From NCBI GenBank assembly GCA_002428055.1, contig DIZY01000100.1, positions 1,163-39,458 on the forward strand: a stretch of DNA of 38,296 nucleotides, in the 5' to 3' direction. The position numbers and the translations under genes are program-made. Shown here piece after piece: positions 31,299 to 38,296 of this stretch. The stretch comes from Helicobacteraceae bacterium UBA6016. Its GTDB lineage: Bacteria > Campylobacterota > Campylobacteria > Campylobacterales > UBA6016. Within the stretch, counting starts at the first letter, position 1, and every line of letters starts with the position of its first letter. The notes beneath the pieces were generated by a model, which saw only the letters and a program-made list of their open reading frames with translations, searched no databases and had not been told where the DNA came from.

Positions 31299-33524
31299 TT
31301 GGCTGAGGCAACCACAAAAAGCCTTTTCCAAAAGGCAATTCCTATACTAAAAGTTTTGGCAAAAGCAAAACAGCTTTCCGTGGTTTTTTTGATAGTTATC
31401 ATTATGGCAATTATCATTGTTCCTCTGCCTACTTTTCTACTAGACTTTTTCTTGACCACCTCTATAGCTCTTGCCGTTTTGATGATTCTTATCGCTATCT
31501 ATGCGCCAAGACCGACAGATCTTACTACTTTTCCTACACTTTTACTGCTGGTTACGCTGTATAGGCTATCACTCAATGTTGCCACGACAAGGATGATACT
31601 CTCAGAGGGGCATAACGGTCCGGAGGCGGTGAGTCATTTGGTTGCCGCATTCGGTGAGTTCGTTGTCGGCGGAAACTTTGTAATCGGTATTATCATCTTT
31701 GTTATATTGATGATTATTAACCTTATGGTTATCACAAAAGGTTCCGGAAGGGTTGCTGAGGTTGCGGCTAGGTTCACGCTCGATGCGATGCCCGGAAAGC
31801 AAATGGCAATAGATGCCGACCTAAACGCAGGGATGATAGACGAACCGGAGGCCAGAAAGAGAAGACAAGAGATACTTGGCGAGGCAAATTTTTATGGAGC
31901 AATGGATGGTGCTAGTAAGTTTGTGGCCGGTGATGCTACCGCCGGCGTTATTATTACTTTTGTAAATATTATAGGCGGCTTTCTTATAGGTGTCTTCCAG
32001 CATGACCTTACCGTAAAGGTTAGCGCCGCTACATATACGATTCTTACGATTGGGGATGGTCTTATTGCTCAGCTTCCAGCTCTTATTATATCTACATCGG
32101 TCGGTATCATCATTACGAGAGCTACAAAAAATGATACAGAGAGCGCAGTATTTACGGATAGCATTGTAAATCAGTTGGTACAAGACTATAAAGTGCTTTT
32201 TATAGTCGGTGTTATTATGGTTTTGTTTGCTTTGGTTCCAGGGCTTCCTACTTTCTCACTCGGTTTTGTCGGGCTCTGCTTTTTGGGGCTTGGGTATTTG
32301 ATGCTAAAAGAAAAACACCCGGAGATAATCGATAAAATAAAACGAAGCACAAAAAAACAGAAATCAAAAAGTGGCGAAGAGCAAGAGCTTGACCTTGTTG
32401 CCGCTGCAGAGTCACACAAGGCAACACCATCTACGAAACCTCAGAAAAGCGCCGAGGAGATACGAAAAGAAGAAGAAGAGGCGATAGAGGATATTCTTAA
32501 GGTAGAGCTTCTTGAGCTAAATGTTGGTTATGGGCTAATTCGTTTGGCCGACACTAGCCAGGGCGGAGATCTTTTGGAGCGAATCAGGGGAATGAGGCGA
32601 AAAATTGCTCTTGACTACGGATTTGTAATGCCTCAGGTGCGGATAAGGGACAATCTACAGCTCTCTTCAAATCATTATGAGGTAATGCTTAAGGGTGTGC
32701 CGATAGGCTCCGGCGAGATATACCCAGAGAAGTTTCTTGCCATGAATAGCGGTCTTGTGACCGAGGAGATGGCAGGTATTGCCACCAAAGAGCCAGCCTT
32801 TGGACTCGATGCTACATGGATAGATCCAGAGGAGAAAGAAGATGCTTTGATGCGCGGCTATACCGTCGTAGACCCTTCCACGGTTGTGGCCACGCATATG
32901 TCCGAGCTTGTCAAAAAGCACGCCGAAGAGTTGCTAACTCGCCAAGATGTGCTAAATCTCATAGATAAACTCAAAAAAGATTATCCTGCGGTGGTGGATG
33001 ACTGTCTCAAGGTTACATCTATCGGTACGATGCAAAGGGTGTTAAAGCAGCTGTTGCACGAAAAGATTCCAATAAAAGATATGCTTACAATCATGGAAAG
33101 CGTATCAGATACGGCAGAGTATACAAAAAGTATAGATGTACTTGTTGAACAGGTAAGAGCTAGGCTTGCAAGGGTTATAACTAGCCTTTATAAGTCGGAA
33201 GACGGCACGCTAAAACTGCTCACTTTTAATAATGAAACAGAGCAGAGACTTCTCGATAAGACGAGAGAGCAGGGAGGGGTTAAGAGTTTTCTCTTGAATG
33301 TCGGTGAGATAAACGCTCTTGTGCATGATGTAAGCGACGCCGCAAAAGCGGTACTGGAAAAAGGCGTAGCCCCTGTTATTATAGTTGTTGAGCCTATGAT
33401 ACGGAAATCTCTTTCGGAGATATTTGAGAGATTCGGTCTTGATATTGTTGTGCTGAGCCACGCAGAGATAGAGCCTACGGCGAAGTTTGAAGTACTTGGC
33501 AGCGTGAGCGTAAATTTTGCATAG
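31299..33524 (+). CDS. flhA: Flagellar type III export apparatus protein FlhA
   Basis: 741 aa with a TTG start preceded by TAAGG. It shows FPTLLLLVTLYRLSLNVATTRMIL, GNFVIGIIIFVILMIINLMVITKGSGRVAEVAARFTLDAMPGKQMAIDADLNAG and a cytoplasmic C-terminal domain. Confidence 0.97.
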   Translation: MAEATTKSLFQKAIPILKVLAKAKQLSVVFLIVIIMAIIIVPLPTFLLDFFLTTSIALAVLMILIAIYAPRPTDLTTFPTLLLLVTLYRLSLNVATTRMILSEGHNGPEAVSHLVAAFGEFVVGGNFVIGIIIFVILMIINLMVITKGSGRVAEVAARFTLDAMPGKQMAIDADLNAGMIDEPEARKRRQEILGEANFYGAMDGASKFVAGDATAGVIITFVNIIGGFLIGVFQHDLTVKVSAATYTILTIGDGLIAQLPALIISTSVGIIITRATKNDTESAVFTDSIVNQLVQDYKVLFIVGVIMVLFALVPGLPTFSLGFVGLCFLGLGYLMLKEKHPEIIDKIKRSTKKQKSKSGEEQELDLVAAAESHKATPSTKPQKSAEEIRKEEEEAIEDILKVELLELNVGYGLIRLADTSQGGDLLERIRGMRRKIALDYGFVMPQVRIRDNLQLSSNHYEVMLKGVPIGSGEIYPEKFLAMNSGLVTEEMAGIATKEPAFGLDATWIDPEEKEDALMRGYTVVDPSTVVATHMSELVKKHAEELLTRQDVLNLIDKLKKDYPAVVDDCLKVTSIGTMQRVLKQLLHEKIPIKDMLTIMESVSDTAEYTKSIDVLVEQVRARLARVITSLYKSEDGTLKLLTFNNETEQRLLDKTREQGGVKSFLLNVGEINALVHDVSDAAKAVLEKGVAPVIIVVEPMIRKSLSEIFERFGLDIVVLSHAEIEPTAKFEVLGSVSVNFA

Positions 33525-33533
33525 GGATAAGAG

Positions 33534-34217
33534 ATGAAGATAAAAATGGCGGAGCTTGTAGAAAAAACAAATGTTCCAAAATCAACTATCCTCTATTATA
33601 TCAAAGAGGGGTTGCTTCCCGAACCCGAGAGAATAAAACAAAATGTCTGCCTTTATGATGAAAGCTGTATTGAGCATGTCAAGTTTATAAAGTTTTTGCA
33701 AACGACATACGGCAGAAGTATTGCAGAGATTAAACACTCCATGTGTAGCCACGGCTATGATTTTTCAAAAGGCTCAGATTTGCTTATCGGTTTTTTGGAA
33801 AAGCTCTCCGGAACCAGTGCGAATACTCTTAAGATAACAAAAGGGGAGCTCGTTGCAAAAAGCGGCGTAGATGAGAAATTTGTGGATTTGATGTTGCAAA
33901 AAGAGCTATTAATTCCTCTCTCTGACGGTTTTTTTGATGAAAAAGATATGGAGATACTTATTAGCTACAAAAAACTAATAGAGGGCGGATGGAGCATCGA
34001 GTTTTTTGAAAAATACATAGATCTTTCAAGGGAGCTTGCGACATACGCAATGCGCGAGACGGTTAGAATAAAAAGAGAGCTGAGGAATAACGGCGGTATT
34101 AATAATGAAATACAACATCTGATGTTTGAAATTCCGCTTAGTATAGAGCCATACATCATAAATAGGCTGGGTATTAGAGAGTATCAAAAAATAATAGACT
34201 TGGAGCGCCAAGGATAG
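33534..34217 (+). CDS. MerR-family HTH protein with an uncharacterized C-terminal domain
   Basis: 227 aa. The N-terminus MAELVEKTNVPKSTILYYIKEGLLPEPER is a MerR-type HTH. A second, weaker HTH-like repeat occurs around ITKGELVAKSGVDEKFVDLM. The gene starts 9 nt after the flhA stop. Confidence 0.7.
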   Translation: MKIKMAELVEKTNVPKSTILYYIKEGLLPEPERIKQNVCLYDESCIEHVKFIKFLQTTYGRSIAEIKHSMCSHGYDFSKGSDLLIGFLEKLSGTSANTLKITKGELVAKSGVDEKFVDLMLQKELLIPLSDGFFDEKDMEILISYKKLIEGGWSIEFFEKYIDLSRELATYAMRETVRIKRELRNNGGINNEIQHLMFEIPLSIEPYIINRLGIREYQKIIDLERQG

Positions 34218-34220
34218 TGT

Positions 34221-34931
34221 CTACTTTTTCAAAGCAATAAAAAGCGCAAAGTTTCCCCAGCGAAACAGCGTCTCAGCATGATAAAACCCCGCTTTTTTGC
34301 AAAGAGTCTTATTCTCCTCTTCGGTATATGGAACTAGTACATTTTCGAGCGCCTCTCTTTTTCGCATTATCTCAAGCTCTGAATACCCTTGCTCTTTTTT
34401 GTAGTCGTGATATGTGTCGATGATAAATTTATTGAGTTTTTTATCCTCGCTGATTAACTTTTCGGCAAACAAAAACATCCCGCCATCCTCAAGCGAATCA
34501 AATATTTTTTGCACCAGCTGCTCTCTGATTATCGGACGGATAAACTGCAAGGTAAAGTTGGCGACAAACGCCCTTGATGTCGGTAGCGGCGACTCTACGG
34601 CGTCAAGATGCAAGAGCTCTATGGTTGCTTCGTATGCCGCGGCTTTTTTGGCGGCTATTTTTAGCATCGATTCGGAGTCGTCAATGCCTATGAGTCTGAT
34701 GTGTTTATTTTTTATGTTTTGAGAGAGCTTGATGAGTAGATTTGCGGTTGAGCATCCTATGTCGGTTATCGCACCCTCGGTTACATATTCAATCAACGCT
34801 TTTTCTGTTAGTCTAAGTATACTCTCATATCCGGGGATGGAGCGGGAGATCATATCGTCAAATACGCCCGCCACCTCTTCGTTAAACTCAAACTGCTTTT
34901 CTATAGGCTTTTTGAAAATATCGTCTTGCAT
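34221..34931 (-). CDS. cmoA: Carboxy-S-adenosyl-L-methionine synthase (tRNA cmo5U34 pathway)
   Basis: 236 aa. It is collinear with E. coli CmoA. Matching stretches are VFDDMISRSIPGYESI, DIGCS, FVANFTLQFI, GYSELEIMRKREALENVL and the C-terminal FALFIALKK. Confidence 0.92.
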   Translation of the reverse strand: MQDDIFKKPIEKQFEFNEEVAGVFDDMISRSIPGYESILRLTEKALIEYVTEGAITDIGCSTANLLIKLSQNIKNKHIRLIGIDDSESMLKIAAKKAAAYEATIELLHLDAVESPLPTSRAFVANFTLQFIRPIIREQLVQKIFDSLEDGGMFLFAEKLISEDKKLNKFIIDTYHDYKKEQGYSELEIMRKREALENVLVPYTEEENKTLCKKAGFYHAETLFRWGNFALFIALKK

Positions 34932-34958
34932 TGTAGACCCCTTATAAAACCGCTCTTT

Positions 34959-34967
34959 TGGTATAAT
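34959..34967 (+). promoter_or_regulatory. Extended -10 promoter element for htpX(-cheB-cheR)
   Basis: TGGTATAAT, an exact TGnTATAAT, lies 33 nt upstream of the ATG at 35001. Confidence 0.5.
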
Positions 34968-35000
34968 ATTTATAAAAATTTTAGCGTAGGAGTTCTTTGT

Positions 35001-35939
35001 ATGGGCGATAACAACTCTATACTGGCGTTAAATGAACTAAAAAGCAAGGCGGCGCTTGGCGCATTTTTTGTTCTTTACTGTGTTATCGGGCTTTTGGTGG
35101 ACACTATTATCTACAATATGCCATCCCTGTCGCAGGGGTTTTATATGCTTCTAACATTTCAGGTATTTCCGATGGCGACAGTGGGTATGGCGGCTTTTGG
35201 TGTCGTTTCAATCATGGTTACATACTCGATGTATGACAAAATCATGCTTTTTGGGCACGAGTACAAAGAAGTAACCCCTGAAAATGCGGCGGGCTTTGAG
35301 AGAAGACTGTATGACACAATAGACTCTCTCGCCGCCAAAGCGGGGCTTGGATATATGCCTAGGGTGTATGTGATAGAGGCGGACTATATGAATGCCTTTG
35401 CAAGCGGCTTTAGCCAAAAGTCGGCGATGGTCGCTATCACCACGGCGCTTATAAATAGGCTAAACGAAGATGAGATAAGGGCGGTAATGGCGCACGAAAT
35501 CAGCCATATCAAACACGGCGACATTAAGCTGACTCTTCTTATATCCGTACTTGCCAATGTGATGCTTTTTGTTGTCAATATCGGCGTGATGTTTTTCGGA
35601 GGTTCTAGGGATTCTGGCGGGGCGAGGGCTGCCAAGATGATACTTTTTGCACTTCAGTTTATTTTGCCTCTTATTACGGGGGTGCTCTCGATGTTTCTTA
35701 GTAGAAGCCGTGAGTATATGGCGGATGCCGGCTCGGTGGAGATTACGGGGGATAAAGATGCGATGGCAAACGCTCTAATCAAAATACACAACAACTATGC
35801 AACTGAACCGCACGCCGAAGATGATGGTGCGGAGTTTAGAAAGGCGGCGTATATTTTTGAGCCAAAATCGTTTGCGTCGCTGTTTTCGACACATCCTAGC
35901 TTGCAAGATAGGCTAAAAGCGCTTGGTTTTGCAGCATAA
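35001..35939 (+). CDS. htpX: Zinc metalloprotease HtpX (peptidase M48)
   Basis: I prefer the ATG at 35001 (MGDNNSIL) because AGGAG lies 8 nt upstream. The protein has TM helices, HEXXH as HEISHIKHGD, a downstream REYMADA glutamate motif and the C-terminal STHPSLQDRLKAL. Confidence 0.9.
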   Translation: MGDNNSILALNELKSKAALGAFFVLYCVIGLLVDTIIYNMPSLSQGFYMLLTFQVFPMATVGMAAFGVVSIMVTYSMYDKIMLFGHEYKEVTPENAAGFERRLYDTIDSLAAKAGLGYMPRVYVIEADYMNAFASGFSQKSAMVAITTALINRLNEDEIRAVMAHEISHIKHGDIKLTLLISVLANVMLFVVNIGVMFFGGSRDSGGARAAKMILFALQFILPLITGVLSMFLSRSREYMADAGSVEITGDKDAMANALIKIHNNYATEPHAEDDGAEFRKAAYIFEPKSFASLFSTHPSLQDRLKALGFAA

Positions 35940-36501
35940 ACTTATAGCCATAGGCTCATCAACCGGTGGACCGGGACATATTCAGAAGATACTCTCTGCT
36001 ATTCCCGCCGATTTTAATGCTTCTATCGTGATAGGACAGCATATCAACTCTATTTTTTTGGACTCTATCGTTGAGAGTCTCAACTCTTTTTGCCGCATTC
36101 CCGTATATGTCGGCAAAGATAATCTTGCTATACAAACTCCGTCCGTAGTTTTTGCCAAGGGCGCAGGCATTAACGAGATAAGAGGCGAGAACGGCGCTTA
36201 TAAGCTAAAAATACTTGAAGCCTCCAGCGAGGACTACTCCCCGTCCATCAATCGCCTGTTTTCTTCTATGGCCTCTTTGCCTCAGCCATCGCAAATTTTG
36301 GCCGCGGTGCTTACAGGAATAGGCGATGACGGCGCAAGAGGGCTTTTGGAGCTTAGGCGCGCCGGAGCGTATACAATAGCCGAGAGTGAAAAGACGGCAG
36401 TCGTATACGGGATGCCAAGAGCTGCGTATGAACTTGGCGCGGCCAATGAAGTGCTTGATCTTGATAAGATAATCACAAAAATTTTAGAGTTTGGCAGGTA
36501 G
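35923..36501 (+). CDS. cheB: Chemotaxis protein-glutamate methylesterase, catalytic domain only (no receiver domain)
   Basis: 192 aa with a TTG start that overlaps the htpX 3' end by 17 nt. It shows LIAIGSSTGGPGHIQKIL, VIGQHI, AVLTGIGDDGARGL and VVYGMPRAA, which hold the Ser/His/Asp catalytic residues of CheB. The exact start is uncertain. Confidence 0.85.
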   Translation: MVLQHKLIAIGSSTGGPGHIQKILSAIPADFNASIVIGQHINSIFLDSIVESLNSFCRIPVYVGKDNLAIQTPSVVFAKGAGINEIRGENGAYKLKILEASSEDYSPSINRLFSSMASLPQPSQILAAVLTGIGDDGARGLLELRRAGAYTIAESEKTAVVYGMPRAAYELGAANEVLDLDKIITKILEFGR

Positions 36502-36503
36502 AT

Positions 36504-37277
36504 ATGTATAGTTTGGCGCACGGTGAGATACTGGAATATTTTTATGCGAAGACCGGCATACATTTTGATGAAAAAAAAGATGTTGTGGCGCACAAGATAG
36601 ATACATTTTGTCAATTAAGAGGGTTCCGAGATGTGCACTCTTTTTTTGAAACACTTAAAAAAGATGAGCCGCTTTGGCAGGAGTTTGTCAATCTTTTGAC
36701 AGTAAACGAAACATACTTTTTTAGAGAGACTATGCAGATAGAGATGATGGTGGCTATGGCAAAAGAGCGTCAAAATTTTAATATATTATGCGCTCCAAGC
36801 TCTAGCGGAGAGGAACCGTATACGATATTGATGAGCCTAGCTGAGGCGGGGCTTTTGCCAAGAGTCGGCAAGCTGACCGGAATAGATATAAATAGTGCAG
36901 TGATACGAATGGCACAAGATGGTATGTATTCAAAAAGAAGTCTGCATAGAACGCCTGCGGAAGTTGTGCAAAAATACTTTAAAACGCCGGACGGACAAAA
37001 ATTTGAGATAACGAGCGATATTAAACGGCTTGTAGATTTTCGTGTGCAAAATATTTTTGACCAATCAATAAAAAATCTGGGGCAGTTTGACTTTGTATTT
37101 TCTAGAAATATGATTATTTATTTTGATAAAGAGAGTAGACTAGAGGCGGAAAGAGCGCTTTATTCGTTTTTAAAACCGGGTGGTATACTATTTTTAGGGC
37201 ACGCAGACCTTATTCAAAACAGCTTTAATCTAAAAAAAGTAGTGCAGGGCGGTATTGTCTATTATCAAAAAGAGTAA
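36504..37277 (+). CDS. cheR: Chemotaxis protein methyltransferase CheR
   Basis: 257 aa. The motifs are VNETYFFRE, CAPSSSGEEPYT (SAM-binding loop) and FSRNMIIYFD. It starts 2 nt after the cheB stop. Confidence 0.92.
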   Translation: MYSLAHGEILEYFYAKTGIHFDEKKDVVAHKIDTFCQLRGFRDVHSFFETLKKDEPLWQEFVNLLTVNETYFFRETMQIEMMVAMAKERQNFNILCAPSSSGEEPYTILMSLAEAGLLPRVGKLTGIDINSAVIRMAQDGMYSKRSLHRTPAEVVQKYFKTPDGQKFEITSDIKRLVDFRVQNIFDQSIKNLGQFDFVFSRNMIIYFDKESRLEAERALYSFLKPGGILFLGHADLIQNSFNLKKVVQGGIVYYQKE

Positions 37278-37284
37278 TCCTCCG

Positions 37285-38151
37285 ATGCAAAAACTAACAG
37301 CCTCTTTTTTTATTTTACTAGCTTCGATTAGCTACGGCTCACTAGGAATAGTTGCGAAGTTTGCGTACGAAGATGGTGTGAGTCCAAGTATGCTGGCTTT
37401 GTCGCAAATGTTTTTTGGACTACTCTTTTTTGCCATGCTAAAACCGAAAAAACTTCGCTCTTTTTTTACTATATCCAAAAAAACCGCCTTTTTGCTTAGT
37501 TTAGGCGGTGCAATGTCCGCTTTGTGCGCATATTTCTACTACTCTTGCCTCTCTATTTTGTCAGCATCTACGGCGATTATTATGCTTTTTCAGTTTGTAT
37601 GGATTGGGCTTGTGCTTGAGCTTTGGCATAAAAAAAGAGCGCCGAGCTTGGTAGAGATTTTTTCCGTTCTGCTTTGTTATGTGGGAACATATTTGAGTGT
37701 CGGTTTTGGCGATGGAGATAGCAATTTCTATGGACTGGCTCTAGGATTTTTGTCAGGCGCTGCATTTGCCGTTTATATCTTTTTTAGCTCCTCGTTGTGT
37801 CTTGAAGAAGAGTCTGATACAAGGGCATTTTGGATTATTTTATCCGCATTTACAACTATTTTTGCGCTAAGTGTGTTCAAGTTTGACTTTGCACATCTAT
37901 CGGCAGTCTTGAAATGGGGTGCGATATGTGGCATTCTTGGAGTGCTGATACCGTTTTATATCTACGCCGTTTTTTCGCCTCAAATAGGGGCTGCGGCCAC
38001 CTCTCTTATTGGCTCCGCAGAGCTTCCGGCGGCGCTTATTTTGTCCGTACTACTGCTTGGAGAAAAGCTAGAGGGAGTGCAGATTGTCGGTTCACTTCTT
38101 GTTATTTTTGCCGTTTTGGCTGTTTTTGCGGTAGAGGCTAAAGCCAAATAA
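37285..38151 (+). CDS. EamA/DMT-superfamily transporter
   Basis: I prefer the ATG at 37285 (MQKLTASFFILL), which clears the cheR stop. The protein has ten predicted TM helices in two EamA-like halves. The conserved G-rich end of the second repeat reads IGSAELPAALILSVLLLGEKL. Confidence 0.75.
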   Translation: MQKLTASFFILLASISYGSLGIVAKFAYEDGVSPSMLALSQMFFGLLFFAMLKPKKLRSFFTISKKTAFLLSLGGAMSALCAYFYYSCLSILSASTAIIMLFQFVWIGLVLELWHKKRAPSLVEIFSVLLCYVGTYLSVGFGDGDSNFYGLALGFLSGAAFAVYIFFSSSLCLEEESDTRAFWIILSAFTTIFALSVFKFDFAHLSAVLKWGAICGILGVLIPFYIYAVFSPQIGAAATSLIGSAELPAALILSVLLLGEKLEGVQIVGSLLVIFAVLAVFAVEAKAK

Positions 38152-38195
38152 AGCGCTTTTGAGCTATCTTAACAATAAAAATTTAGGAAATGTGA

Positions 38196-38296
38196 ATGGA
38201 AGAGGCATTAAGCGGACTTTTTGTGTCCGCACCGTTTTTGGTTAGTTTTGTGGCGGGGATTTTGACTTTTGTTAGTCCGTGCGTATTGCCGCTTAT
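38196..38296 (+). CDS. N-terminal fragment (runs off the window) of a CcdA/DsbD-type cytochrome c biogenesis thiol-disulfide transporter
   Basis: The fragment reads MEEALSGLFVSAPFLVSFVAGILTFVSPCVLPL. The FxSPCVLPL motif in the first TM helix is diagnostic for CcdA/DsbD-beta. An AGGAAA RBS lies upstream. Confidence 0.7.
   Translation, partial: MEEALSGLFVSAPFLVSFVAGILTFVSPCVLPL

Overview
This 38.3-kb window looks like ordinary chromosome. It holds about 40 tightly packed protein genes. By eye I found no rRNA, tRNA, CRISPR array, IS element, transposase or integrase. Gene content and synteny point to a flagellated member of the Campylobacterota (Epsilonproteobacteria) with moderate GC. That placement is an inference from the FlaC-type short flagellin, FliW, a receiver-less CheB next to CheR, rpsO divergent from rrf2-flhA, HxWRQPL H-boxes in the kinases, many TTG starts and TGnTATAAT promoters. 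Layout from left to right: (1) 64-3714, a metal/redox cluster of DUF318-type permease, small thioredoxin-like protein, CDF exporter, a TauE remnant, cytochrome b561-like protein and ThiF-family protein. (2) 3732-9870, a four-gene signalling block on the minus strand with two large sensor kinases and two response regulators. (3) A flaC-like gene with a sigma28 promoter. (4) 10903-17272, a minus-strand unit with overlapping junctions: epimerase, phosphomannomutase, pyrC, response regulator, histidine kinase, gltX. (5) 17395-27190, a nitrogen-status locus: fliW-glnD, glnK-amtB-porin, a degenerate enhancer-binding-protein (EBP)-like gene coupled to a PAS/GHKL-like gene, then glmS. (6) A heme-c/GAF/GGDEF cyclase, apbC, rpsO, rrf2-flhA-merR, cmoA, htpX-cheB-cheR, an EamA transporter and the start of a CcdA-like gene. 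The two items I consider most worth follow-up are these. First, the stripped-down sigma54-activator-like protein (no receiver, no GAFTGA region) that is translationally coupled to a PAS plus degenerate ATPase protein with no H-box (23909-25358). Second, a ~64-nt structured element that occurs directly 3' of both amtB and glnK and carries compensatory stem changes. All family assignments come from motif recognition and hand alignment from memory. No database search was run.
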